64,000 nucleotides of DNA from a virus: the IMG/VR virus record IMGVR_UViG_3300014656_000017, positions 1 through 64,000 of that record. One strand, given 5' to 3'. The notes beneath the pieces are model-generated. The model saw nothing but the letters and a program-made list of their open reading frames with translations, searched no databases and had not been told where the DNA came from. Both the position numbers and the translations under genes were made by a program. Shown one piece after another: positions 19,480-27,908 of the stretch (its first letter is position 1; each line of letters begins with the position of its first letter).

Positions 19480-19608
19480 ATGAAAAATAGGAGATCATAT
19501 ACAAAATATATTTTTGCATATGATCCATATACTTTAAAATTAAAACAATTTAAAACAAAAGATATTGTTCCTGATAATTTTGTTTTAGGGAGACCTAAAC
19601 ATGGCTGA
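19480..19608 (+). pseudogene. 42-aa remnant of a free-standing homing endonuclease (C-terminal DNA-binding repeat)
   Basis: MKNRRSYTKYIFAYDPYTLKLKQFKTKDIVPDNFVLGRPKHG; the P.(G/N)F..GR ending is typical of phage HEG tails; sits between split-intein halves. Confidence 0.5.
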
Positions 19609-19942
19609 TTTAAAAAATCCAGAAACCTTTAAAAATACCAAATTTGAAATTCTTACAAATAAAGGATTTAAAGATTTTAAAGGATTAATTAAAGGTGCTA
19701 ACAACGATAAACTAAAAATAACTTTAGATTCTGGTGAAACGCTTATATGTACTACATTACATAAAGTCATGATTAACGATTCTGTTTCCGCGCGCGCTCA
19801 ATCATTAGGAATAGGAACAAAAATTTATGGGAATAAAAAAATTGTTAATATTGAAAAAAATATTAATGATAATCCTGTTTATGAATTTTTAGAAATAGAA
19901 GACACCCACACTTATTTTGTAAATGGTTTACTATCACACCAA
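19601..19942 (+). mobile_element. Split intein C-fragment (114 aa), ending His-Gln
   Basis: ILTNKGFKDF, CTTLHKV (block B), VYEFLEIE..HTYFVNGLLSHQ|C. Confidence 0.88.
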
Positions 19943-21142
19943 TGCATTATCATTGACGAAATGGCACATGTACCAGACCATATCATGCAAGATTTTTGGG
20001 CCTCTGTAATTCCTGTTATATCAGCTTCTAAAAAACGTACTACTAAGATTTTTGCCGTAAGCACTCCAAAAGGAGCATCTAATAAATTTGCTAATATTTA
20101 TTTAAAAGCAGTAGCAGGAGAAGATACAGATGATGGTGTTCACTGGCATGCAGAGAGTATAAATTGGAACGAAGTTCCTGGAAGAGGAACTAAGTGGTAT
20201 CAAGAAATGCTTGCTGCACTAAATGGAGATACTGATCTTTTTGCTCAAGAATTTGAAAATGTGTTTTTAGAAACGGGCGAATCTGCTATTGATAAAGAAA
20301 TGTTAGTGCAAATGTCTGAGGAGTGTAGAGAGCCTGTGCAGTTATTAGATTCTGATCATTATAAAATATGGAAAGCCCCTCAAAATAAACACATATACGG
20401 AATAGGAGTTGATGTGGGAGAAGGCATTGGCAAAGCTGCATCCGTAGCACAAATTTTAGATTTCACTGATTTAACAAATATAGAAGTAGTGGCTTGTTAT
20501 CATCACCGATTAATTCATCCTCTTCAATTTGCTGAAATTTTAAATCGTATTGGCCATCATTATGGGTGTGCACCAATGCTTATTGAAAGAAACAATTGTG
20601 GAGCTCAAGTTATTGATGAATTGTACAAGACACATGGATATCAAAATGTTGTTACATATGATCATTCGGATATAGGAGTATATAATCAGTCGCGCATGGG
20701 AATTATATCTCACACAAATACCAAATATGCAGGTGTAATGAATATGAGATATTGGATTAATACTACGAAAGCAGTTACAATATATGATCTATTAACTATT
20801 AGAGAAATGGAAACTTTTATTCGCTATCCTAATGGTACATGGAAAAAACGTTTAGGAGACAATATATTTGATGATAGAGTATTAGCATTAATATGGGCCT
20901 TGTTTCTTTTAGAAGATTCTATAGTTACCAGTTATTATGAAGTATCTGAAGTAGATGATTATGGCAAGCCTCTAAAAATTAATCAATATGTTATAGAGCA
21001 ACCTTCTTTATATAAATTAGATAGCATATATCAAACTCAATCTAATGCCCCTTTGCCAACATTTTTAGATATTAATCCTACTGCAGATCAAGGAATGGAA
21101 GATTTAATTAAACAAGGTTATCGTCCATTAATTCATAAATAA
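19601..21142 (+). CDS. terL: Terminase large subunit, C-terminal fragment (starts with the split-intein C-half)
   Basis: After SHQ: CIIIDEMAHV (Walker B), VSTPKG, FAQEF, GIGVDVGEG, IERNN.G, DDRVLAL nuclease motifs. Confidence 0.92.
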   Translation: MADLKNPETFKNTKFEILTNKGFKDFKGLIKGANNDKLKITLDSGETLICTTLHKVMINDSVSARAQSLGIGTKIYGNKKIVNIEKNINDNPVYEFLEIEDTHTYFVNGLLSHQCIIIDEMAHVPDHIMQDFWASVIPVISASKKRTTKIFAVSTPKGASNKFANIYLKAVAGEDTDDGVHWHAESINWNEVPGRGTKWYQEMLAALNGDTDLFAQEFENVFLETGESAIDKEMLVQMSEECREPVQLLDSDHYKIWKAPQNKHIYGIGVDVGEGIGKAASVAQILDFTDLTNIEVVACYHHRLIHPLQFAEILNRIGHHYGCAPMLIERNNCGAQVIDELYKTHGYQNVVTYDHSDIGVYNQSRMGIISHTNTKYAGVMNMRYWINTTKAVTIYDLLTIREMETFIRYPNGTWKKRLGDNIFDDRVLALIWALFLLEDSIVTSYYEVSEVDDYGKPLKINQYVIEQPSLYKLDSIYQTQSNAPLPTFLDINPTADQGMEDLIKQGYRPLIHK

Positions 21143-21147
21143 TTAAT

Positions 21148-21738
21148 ATGAGTGAAAACATTACACAAGCTGCACTAAACAAAGTTCGCAAAGATAAATT
21201 TTTGTTGGTATTGAGTCTGCCAAACATAATGAAAGGTTTAAATTCTCGCAAATCTAGAGAAGATGAATTATTAAGTTTGGACAGTTTACAATTTTCATTG
21301 TATGACATTATAATACCTCAACATTCGATTCCTGAGGTACCTATACATTTTGGCCAACAGAATTATAATGTTACATCTTATAACAGACCGGCCTATCCAC
21401 CAGTACGGGTAGGATTTGAAGTAGACAATGAATTTAAAAACTATTGGGTATTGTGGAAATGGCAACAATTAATAAATGATCCTATAGAAAGCACATATGC
21501 TGGAAAGGAAATATTTCCAAATGGTGCTCCTGAATCTATTCCCCCTATTGTCCCAAATTATCAAACAACTATAACAGTTTTTGGTAGAGATGAATATGAT
21601 AATAAAATTATAGAATTTACTTATAAGTATGCATTTATTACAAAATTAGGTGAATTGTCCTACAATTATCGTGAGCACGATCAATTAGGATGTTCGTTTG
21701 AATTTGTTTTTAATCAAATGGATATTCATCTATTGTAA
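21148..21738 (+). CDS. Tail completion / tube terminator (T4 gp3-like, tube fold)
   Basis: F.VDNEFKNY..LWKW and FTYKYAF...LGEL.Y motifs; next to the sheath gene. Confidence 0.65.
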   Translation: MSENITQAALNKVRKDKFLLVLSLPNIMKGLNSRKSREDELLSLDSLQFSLYDIIIPQHSIPEVPIHFGQQNYNVTSYNRPAYPPVRVGFEVDNEFKNYWVLWKWQQLINDPIESTYAGKEIFPNGAPESIPPIVPNYQTTITVFGRDEYDNKIIEFTYKYAFITKLGELSYNYREHDQLGCSFEFVFNQMDIHLL

Positions 21739-21815
21739 CTTCAAAAAACTTTTCTAAAAATCATAAATAATTATAAAGAATTATGTATTTAGTTTTTAAA
21801 TTAGGAGAATAAAAA

Positions 21816-24554
21816 ATGCGCACAATAGAATCACCAGGCGTAGAGATTAATGAAATTGATTTAAGTTTGATTGCACAACTTCCTGTTGGTACAACTGTTT
21901 TTGCTGTTGGTTATGCAGCTCAGGGCCCTGTGGATGAGCCTATTAATGTTACCAGCATTTCAGAACTTGAACAAATTTATGGACTGCCTACGAATGCAGC
22001 TGAAAGATATTTTTATCATACATGTCGGCAGATATTATATGCTAATGGAACATTGTTAACCACAAGATTGCCATACGGGTCCGCCGCAGGCGATGGTTAT
22101 GTTAATGATTATAGTGCTCTGGTTTATCCAGTATTTCCATATACATCAAATGCAACCGAGTATACTGTAACCGATCAGGGGTGGCGCGGCACCGGATCGT
22201 GGCAGGAACAAACACTTTCTACAGATATTAATACTATTCCAAGCGGCAGTGTATCCTTTTTGGTGTTAAACTCTGCTTCAAATATGATTAGTGGTGTAGA
22301 TACATCTTATATAGAACTTTCTACGGGGCCTGAAACTAATATTACTTTTACAATTAATAATGGGTCTTTAAGTGCTTCAGATCCTATATATGGCGGTAGC
22401 TTCGTATTATCAGATTCTGCAACAGATACGTATGATTGGTGGGTTTCATGTTCAGGCCCATTAACCGCCGGAGACGATTTTATGATTACAACGTATGAAG
22501 TTGTAACAGGTGGATCGTTTGCTCCATGTAATTTAACAGATGCTGAAGATTATTATATTGGCGCACCTTATCATGTTACTGTCGATAATACAACTTTATT
22601 AACTTGGAAACAGGGTGGTATTAGTTGGAAAGATGGTCTTGATTACGGACACACAACCTCACAAATTACTGATTTGTCTGGTGTTGGATATGCGGGCTTA
22701 ATTCTTGTAAATGAAGCAAAGACAGCTATTAATGATTTGTTTGCAGGTTACTATGTTGCTATTGCGGATAATTCAAAGATAGATAAAGGTTCTAATTTTG
22801 ACAGTATTCGTAATGTTAAAACTTTTAACGGAAGTACTGCAGAGGATAGCTGGTTAGAATTAACCACAGATCGTCTTGCTTTTGCTTTGACAGGAACATA
22901 TTCTACTCGTAACAGCATTTCAGAAATTGTAGAAACTACACCTGGATGGGATTTTAGCAATACAGGACAGAATGGATATTCTGATAGTATCATTTTAGCT
23001 CTATTGAAATTACGTCCATCATTATATAATGATGATGAGCGATCTCTTGATAGAGTACTAATGGAAACTCATGTAGGGTCTTTTGATAGCACTCGTACAA
23101 TTAACAATCCACGTGGAGGTGAAGCGGTGAACTTCTTCTTGGAAAATGTTATTAATAATAGTGGAGGTGCATTAAGAGCATTTATCAATCCTAATATTTC
23201 TACTCGTGGAAATGCATGGTTTGATCCAATAACAAATGATCCTCTAAAGAAAGTGCGTGTTATGGCACCTGCTAGAACTCCATTGGAAAGTTCAATTTCT
23301 GTAAGCCCTCCAGAGCCTACAGATTTTGCTCGTCAGTTATTTAATTTGAACAATGCATCTACATATATGTCCGATGGAGATAATCTATACGGAACTGGTA
23401 TTTACACTCCATGTAATGCACAGTCTGAAAAATTAATTGGCAACCTGCCATATAAACTTGAAAGATCATTAAGGTTGGTTGAAAACCGTGAACAGATTCG
23501 TGTTGATATTGTACCAGAAAGTGGATTGGGAACAATTTGGACTGGTATGGTGTTAGATATGAACAACTGGCCTGCTGATGCAACTAATCGTGATACATTT
23601 GAACAAGACAATCAATTGTTTGATGACACTATATATATTAATGGTATTTTAGATGCTCATACGTTTGATAGAGACAGTGAAGGCTTGGCTGATCAAGAAA
23701 CAGGATCTGCTGCTGAAGCACAAGATCTTTATGAAACAATTAATCAGATCTTTATTACATTCTGTGAAACAACTCGTAAGGATTGTTTGCATGTAGCAGA
23801 TCCATTAAGATACATATTTGTTCAAGGTCCAGGTGATGTTAAAGTTCTTACTGATAAGTCAAAGAACTTTTCACAACATATTTTCTGGCCTTTAAAGAAT
23901 CTATTTGGAGCTGCGAATACAAGTTATGCATGTACCTATGCTAATTGGTTCAAGATTAATGATAATACATCTGGCAAATTTATATGGGCGCCTCCATCGG
24001 GGTATATATCAAGATTAATGATAGATACAGATACACGGTTCTTCCCTTGGTATGCACCTGCAGGATTAACTCGTGGTATACTACGTGATATTGTAGACAT
24101 TGGTGTAAATCCATCTCAAAAACAAAGAGATTTGTTATACAAGAATGGTATCAACCCTACAGTATACTGGCCCGGTGATGGTTATGTGGTTTGGGGTCAA
24201 AAGACTCTACAAACCAAGCCTAGCGCATTTGACCGTATTAATGTTCGCCGATTGTTCTTATGGTTAGAAAAGGCTGTATTGGCATTGGCTCGATATTTCG
24301 TATTTGAACAAAATACAGTATTTACTCGTACTCGTTTGAAAGACGCTATTGATCCTATATTCCAGTTTGCTAAGGCTAATGAGGGTGTATATGATTACAT
24401 GATCGTTTGTGATGAGCGTAACAATACCCCTGAAACAATTGATCGAAATGAATTAATTGTTGATATTTATATTAAGCCAGTTCGTGTAGCAGAGTTTATA
24501 TTGATTAACTTTATCGCTACTCGTACAGGTCAGGATTTTACTGAACTTATATAA
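21816..24554 (+). CDS. Tail sheath protein (gp18)
   Basis: SPGVEINEID, GPVDEP, PWYAPAG..RG, WGQKTL, DRINVRRL, FEQN, IKP....EFI. Confidence 0.95.
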   Translation: MRTIESPGVEINEIDLSLIAQLPVGTTVFAVGYAAQGPVDEPINVTSISELEQIYGLPTNAAERYFYHTCRQILYANGTLLTTRLPYGSAAGDGYVNDYSALVYPVFPYTSNATEYTVTDQGWRGTGSWQEQTLSTDINTIPSGSVSFLVLNSASNMISGVDTSYIELSTGPETNITFTINNGSLSASDPIYGGSFVLSDSATDTYDWWVSCSGPLTAGDDFMITTYEVVTGGSFAPCNLTDAEDYYIGAPYHVTVDNTTLLTWKQGGISWKDGLDYGHTTSQITDLSGVGYAGLILVNEAKTAINDLFAGYYVAIADNSKIDKGSNFDSIRNVKTFNGSTAEDSWLELTTDRLAFALTGTYSTRNSISEIVETTPGWDFSNTGQNGYSDSIILALLKLRPSLYNDDERSLDRVLMETHVGSFDSTRTINNPRGGEAVNFFLENVINNSGGALRAFINPNISTRGNAWFDPITNDPLKKVRVMAPARTPLESSISVSPPEPTDFARQLFNLNNASTYMSDGDNLYGTGIYTPCNAQSEKLIGNLPYKLERSLRLVENREQIRVDIVPESGLGTIWTGMVLDMNNWPADATNRDTFEQDNQLFDDTIYINGILDAHTFDRDSEGLADQETGSAAEAQDLYETINQIFITFCETTRKDCLHVADPLRYIFVQGPGDVKVLTDKSKNFSQHIFWPLKNLFGAANTSYACTYANWFKINDNTSGKFIWAPPSGYISRLMIDTDTRFFPWYAPAGLTRGILRDIVDIGVNPSQKQRDLLYKNGINPTVYWPGDGYVVWGQKTLQTKPSAFDRINVRRLFLWLEKAVLALARYFVFEQNTVFTRTRLKDAIDPIFQFAKANEGVYDYMIVCDERNNTPETIDRNELIVDIYIKPVRVAEFILINFIATRTGQDFTELI

Positions 24555-24601
24555 GGAAAATATATATTCGACAATAAGTAATTATAAAAGGAGAGTTTAT
24601 T

Positions 24602-25162
24602 ATGGGAATGGGATTAGGTGGTTTTTATACACAAGCATTGTCACGAGATTTTTCACGTGACTTTCAAATGAGGGTACTAAGCATTGGTCCCGGAGTATTA
24701 AATCAAGCAGATAATGTGCTTATTACTTCTACGACCTTGCCAGGCTATCAAATCAATAACCAAGTAGTTCCTTTTATGGGATTACAATTTAACGTTCCAG
24801 GGTCTGGATCATTTCCAGGCAGTGCAGGTTGGGCAGTAACATTTAGATGCGATCAGCAATTAAACATTCGTCAGAAATTAATTGTCTGGCAGCAATCTAT
24901 ATTTAATGCATTTCCATATGAAGCAGGAGAATCAGTCGGTGCATATGGCCCTAAGGGATTCGAAACTGTGGCTAACGTTATTGTGTTTGATAGGGACGGC
25001 AAAACAGCTAGAGGAATGAAACTTGTAGGTATTTATCCAGTTACGGTTGGTGACATCACTTATGACACCACTGGTTCAGGTAAAGAAGTGACCCTACAAG
25101 CAACATTGGCATATCAATGGTGGACAACGACTGGTGCAGTAACAGAATCTGTTATTCCTTAA
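24602..25162 (+). CDS. Tail tube protein (gp19)
   Basis: Follows the sheath; LPG...VPFMG, W.VTF..D, L.G.YP..VGDI.Y. Confidence 0.85.
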   Translation: MGMGLGGFYTQALSRDFSRDFQMRVLSIGPGVLNQADNVLITSTTLPGYQINNQVVPFMGLQFNVPGSGSFPGSAGWAVTFRCDQQLNIRQKLIVWQQSIFNAFPYEAGESVGAYGPKGFETVANVIVFDRDGKTARGMKLVGIYPVTVGDITYDTTGSGKEVTLQATLAYQWWTTTGAVTESVIP

Positions 25163-26740
25163 TTACTGATTAATATTAAATTGTGGAAAATTGGCAGGTG
25201 AAGAAACATCACCTGCTTTAATTTTTTCCTGTAAGCCTTTACCTGTAGTAACAACTTGTGAAATTTCAGTCTTTGCTGCGTCTGTATAACGTTGTGCTGC
25301 TTTAATTTGAGCCTCTTCAATTTTTGCATAATCACTATTTAATGATAACACAGTTGCACCAGCCTCTTTTTTTAAAGATGGAGGAATGGCAGATTTTACT
25401 AGAGTATTCTCAAATACAGGTTTATCTATTTCAAATTTGTTTGCAGCGTCGAATGTGCGTGGTTGTCCAGGAGCAGATTGCGCCAATGCTTCTAAATTAG
25501 CTGGACCTCCTTGAATAGCTCTTAAATTATTAACATTAACATATGTACCAGTTTCTTTATCAGTCCAACTATCAGTGACTTGTTGTGCTCGCTGTGAAGA
25601 TTCAAATGGAGAAGTTATTTCTCTCAGGGCATTGTTAAATTGTTGAGTCCCCTCAACCCACTGAGTACCAGTACTAATAATATTACTTGCTTCAGATAAT
25701 ACTTCCCCTTGAACTTTATCATGTACAAATTTATCAACATTCTCTGCTACCTTATCGGCTCCAAATAATCTTAGTCCTGCTGTTACACTTCCTTGAACTC
25801 TGCCTATATAACTTTGTGCCGTATTATATGCCTGATTAACTGCTTGCGCTATATCTCTACCTTTATCAACAATATCGTCTATTTTTTCTAATAATCCCTC
25901 GCCAGTTGGAGATACTATTTTAGTGTATGTTGGTTCGGGTATTTTAACAGCATTTACAAGATTTGCAGCAGTGGGAGGTTTTTGTTTTATTAATTCCCTC
26001 TCTATAGAATTGTTTAGTGTATCTTTACCAAGTATTGTAACTGCCTCTGCATACTCATTACTATCGAAAAAGTTTTTGATATCCACATTTGCAATAACTT
26101 TATATCGTGTGTATACAAATTTAACTTGTCTATCAATAACCTTATCTGCTGTATAATTAAATTCTTCTTGATCTATACTAAAAGGTACAGCTTGTTCTAA
26201 TTCAATTATCTTTCTTACTTGAACTGGACTATTAACTCCGTCTTTTTGAAAACATGTTAATTTAATAGGAATTCTGATAGCTTGTTCCTTTAAACTCCAA
26301 TGGGAAGCTAAAATTGCCCATGGACGCATTATTAAATCAGCCACTGATTGATTGGTTTCTAAAAATGTTATAGTAACTTCTTGTAATTCGTTGCGTTCTG
26401 TTCCAACAGGGGCTTTAAGCATACCAGTAAAAGATGAACCAGCATGGTCTAATTTAAAACCATCACCTGGAAAGGTACACCCTCTAGCTAATAAATAATA
26501 TTTTTTGCCTATAAAAAATACATCATTTAATGCGGCATTTATATTATATGCCACATCCCAACCAATATGTTCATATACATTGATACTTTCAACAATATGA
26601 TTTTTAATATTGATTAAATGGCTTTGTTCAATTTCAACAAGCCATAATTGTGATAGTGCTAAACTATTTGAAGAAGTGGTTAAGCTTGCATAAAATTTGA
26701 GAGCAGCTGATTGGTTTGCATCTTGTATTAAAATAGCCAT
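25163..26740 (-). CDS. Tube-fold baseplate protein (gp54-like N-terminus) with long C-terminal extension
   Basis: FPG, VTITFLET..S....RPW, L..AVP.SI, V.F.Y tube-fold pattern in the first ~215 aa. Confidence 0.5.
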   Translation of the reverse strand: MAILIQDANQSAALKFYASLTTSSNSLALSQLWLVEIEQSHLINIKNHIVESINVYEHIGWDVAYNINAALNDVFFIGKKYYLLARGCTFPGDGFKLDHAGSSFTGMLKAPVGTERNELQEVTITFLETNQSVADLIMRPWAILASHWSLKEQAIRIPIKLTCFQKDGVNSPVQVRKIIELEQAVPFSIDQEEFNYTADKVIDRQVKFVYTRYKVIANVDIKNFFDSNEYAEAVTILGKDTLNNSIERELIKQKPPTAANLVNAVKIPEPTYTKIVSPTGEGLLEKIDDIVDKGRDIAQAVNQAYNTAQSYIGRVQGSVTAGLRLFGADKVAENVDKFVHDKVQGEVLSEASNIISTGTQWVEGTQQFNNALREITSPFESSQRAQQVTDSWTDKETGTYVNVNNLRAIQGGPANLEALAQSAPGQPRTFDAANKFEIDKPVFENTLVKSAIPPSLKKEAGATVLSLNSDYAKIEEAQIKAAQRYTDAAKTEISQVVTTGKGLQEKIKAGDVSSPANFPQFNINQ

Positions 26741-26805
26741 ATATTGTAGATTATTTTATCCTTGTAAATACTTATATATATATAAATATTTAAGGAGAAC
26801 GAAAT

Positions 26806-27645
26806 ATGGAAGAAAATCAAAAAAGATTAGATTCAGTGCAAGATGTATTGAATATTATAAATCGAAGGGAAATGGCCTATACCTCTCATATATGGATTCC
26901 ATCGCTTGGACGCGACGTTCCGTTTAAAGAACTTAATACATCTCAGCAGAAGAGATTAATTAAATCAATTATAGATTCGCCTGTATATAACACTGAATTT
27001 ATATACACATTTAAAGAAATTGTTAAAGAATGTTGTGCAGATTCATCAATTAACATTAATGATCTTACTATTTTAGATAAAGCAATAATTGCAATAGGTC
27101 TTCGAGCGGGCAGTATTGGTGATACCGTTGATATTGTAGTAGAATCTAAAAAAACTGAGGAAAAAATTCCCACAAAATTAGATTTAAAAACTATTTATAC
27201 TATGGCTAAAGAAACTATGTCAGTTCCACAAAATACAATATTTGAAGACGAACTGTATAAAATAGAATGTGGTATTCCTACTATGGAAATGGAAGCAGTA
27301 ATAGAAAAAGGTCTTAAAGAAAACATTGATGCTACTAAAACAACTGATGATGTTAAAAACGCTATTGGTGATATATTTGTAACAGAATTGGTTAAATATA
27401 TTGTAGCTGTAAGTGTTAAAAATGATTCAGGCGAAGATACACCTATTAATTGGGTAAAATTGAGTATTAAAGATCGCATCCAAATCATTGAATCCTTTAA
27501 AACAAAAATATTAAAAAGTATTATTCAATTTGCTAATCAGGTTCGTACAGAAATAGATAAAGTAGAGATTGTTAATTTTTCTGTAAAAGATGAACAATTT
27601 AGCAGGAGGTTGACAATAGACGGAAATTTTTTTATGATTTCTTAA
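26806..27645 (+). CDS. Baseplate hub assembly protein (gp26-like)
   Basis: IPSLG..VPFK, L...D...I...LRA.SIG; C-terminal ID.NFF. Confidence 0.7.
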   Translation: MEENQKRLDSVQDVLNIINRREMAYTSHIWIPSLGRDVPFKELNTSQQKRLIKSIIDSPVYNTEFIYTFKEIVKECCADSSININDLTILDKAIIAIGLRAGSIGDTVDIVVESKKTEEKIPTKLDLKTIYTMAKETMSVPQNTIFEDELYKIECGIPTMEMEAVIEKGLKENIDATKTTDDVKNAIGDIFVTELVKYIVAVSVKNDSGEDTPINWVKLSIKDRIQIIESFKTKILKSIIQFANQVRTEIDKVEIVNFSVKDEQFSRRLTIDGNFFMIS

Positions 27646-27647
27646 AG

Positions 27648-27908
27648 TTGTTATTTAATGAAGATCTTCACAGTGTGTACAAGGAGATTTATTATTTAAC
27701 AACGAAGATAGGGATTGGTGATCCAATCTATATAGAAAGTTTAACACCTATGGAACGAAAATTATATATCAACTATTTCTTAAAAGATCAAGAGGAAAAA
27801 AGAAGTAAAGAAAGAGGCAATGTTTTTGATGCCACATCAAGTGGAGCGCCTATGGCTGGTATGAATTTAGCAGGAGATTTAACACAAAATGGCAATACAG
27901 GATCCTAA
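27648..27908 (+). CDS. Baseplate hub assembly chaperone (gp51-like)
   Basis: L..VY...YYL...IE.LTPMER.LY pattern; between gp26-like and tape-measure-like genes. Confidence 0.65.
   Translation: MLFNEDLHSVYKEIYYLTTKIGIGDPIYIESLTPMERKLYINYFLKDQEEKRSKERGNVFDATSSGAPMAGMNLAGDLTQNGNTGS

Noticed and set aside
19462-19600. Group I intron or frameshift splitting terL
   Set aside because: Spacer is only 139 bp with no recognisable intron core; both flanks carry intein motifs and the C-half has its own RBS and ATG
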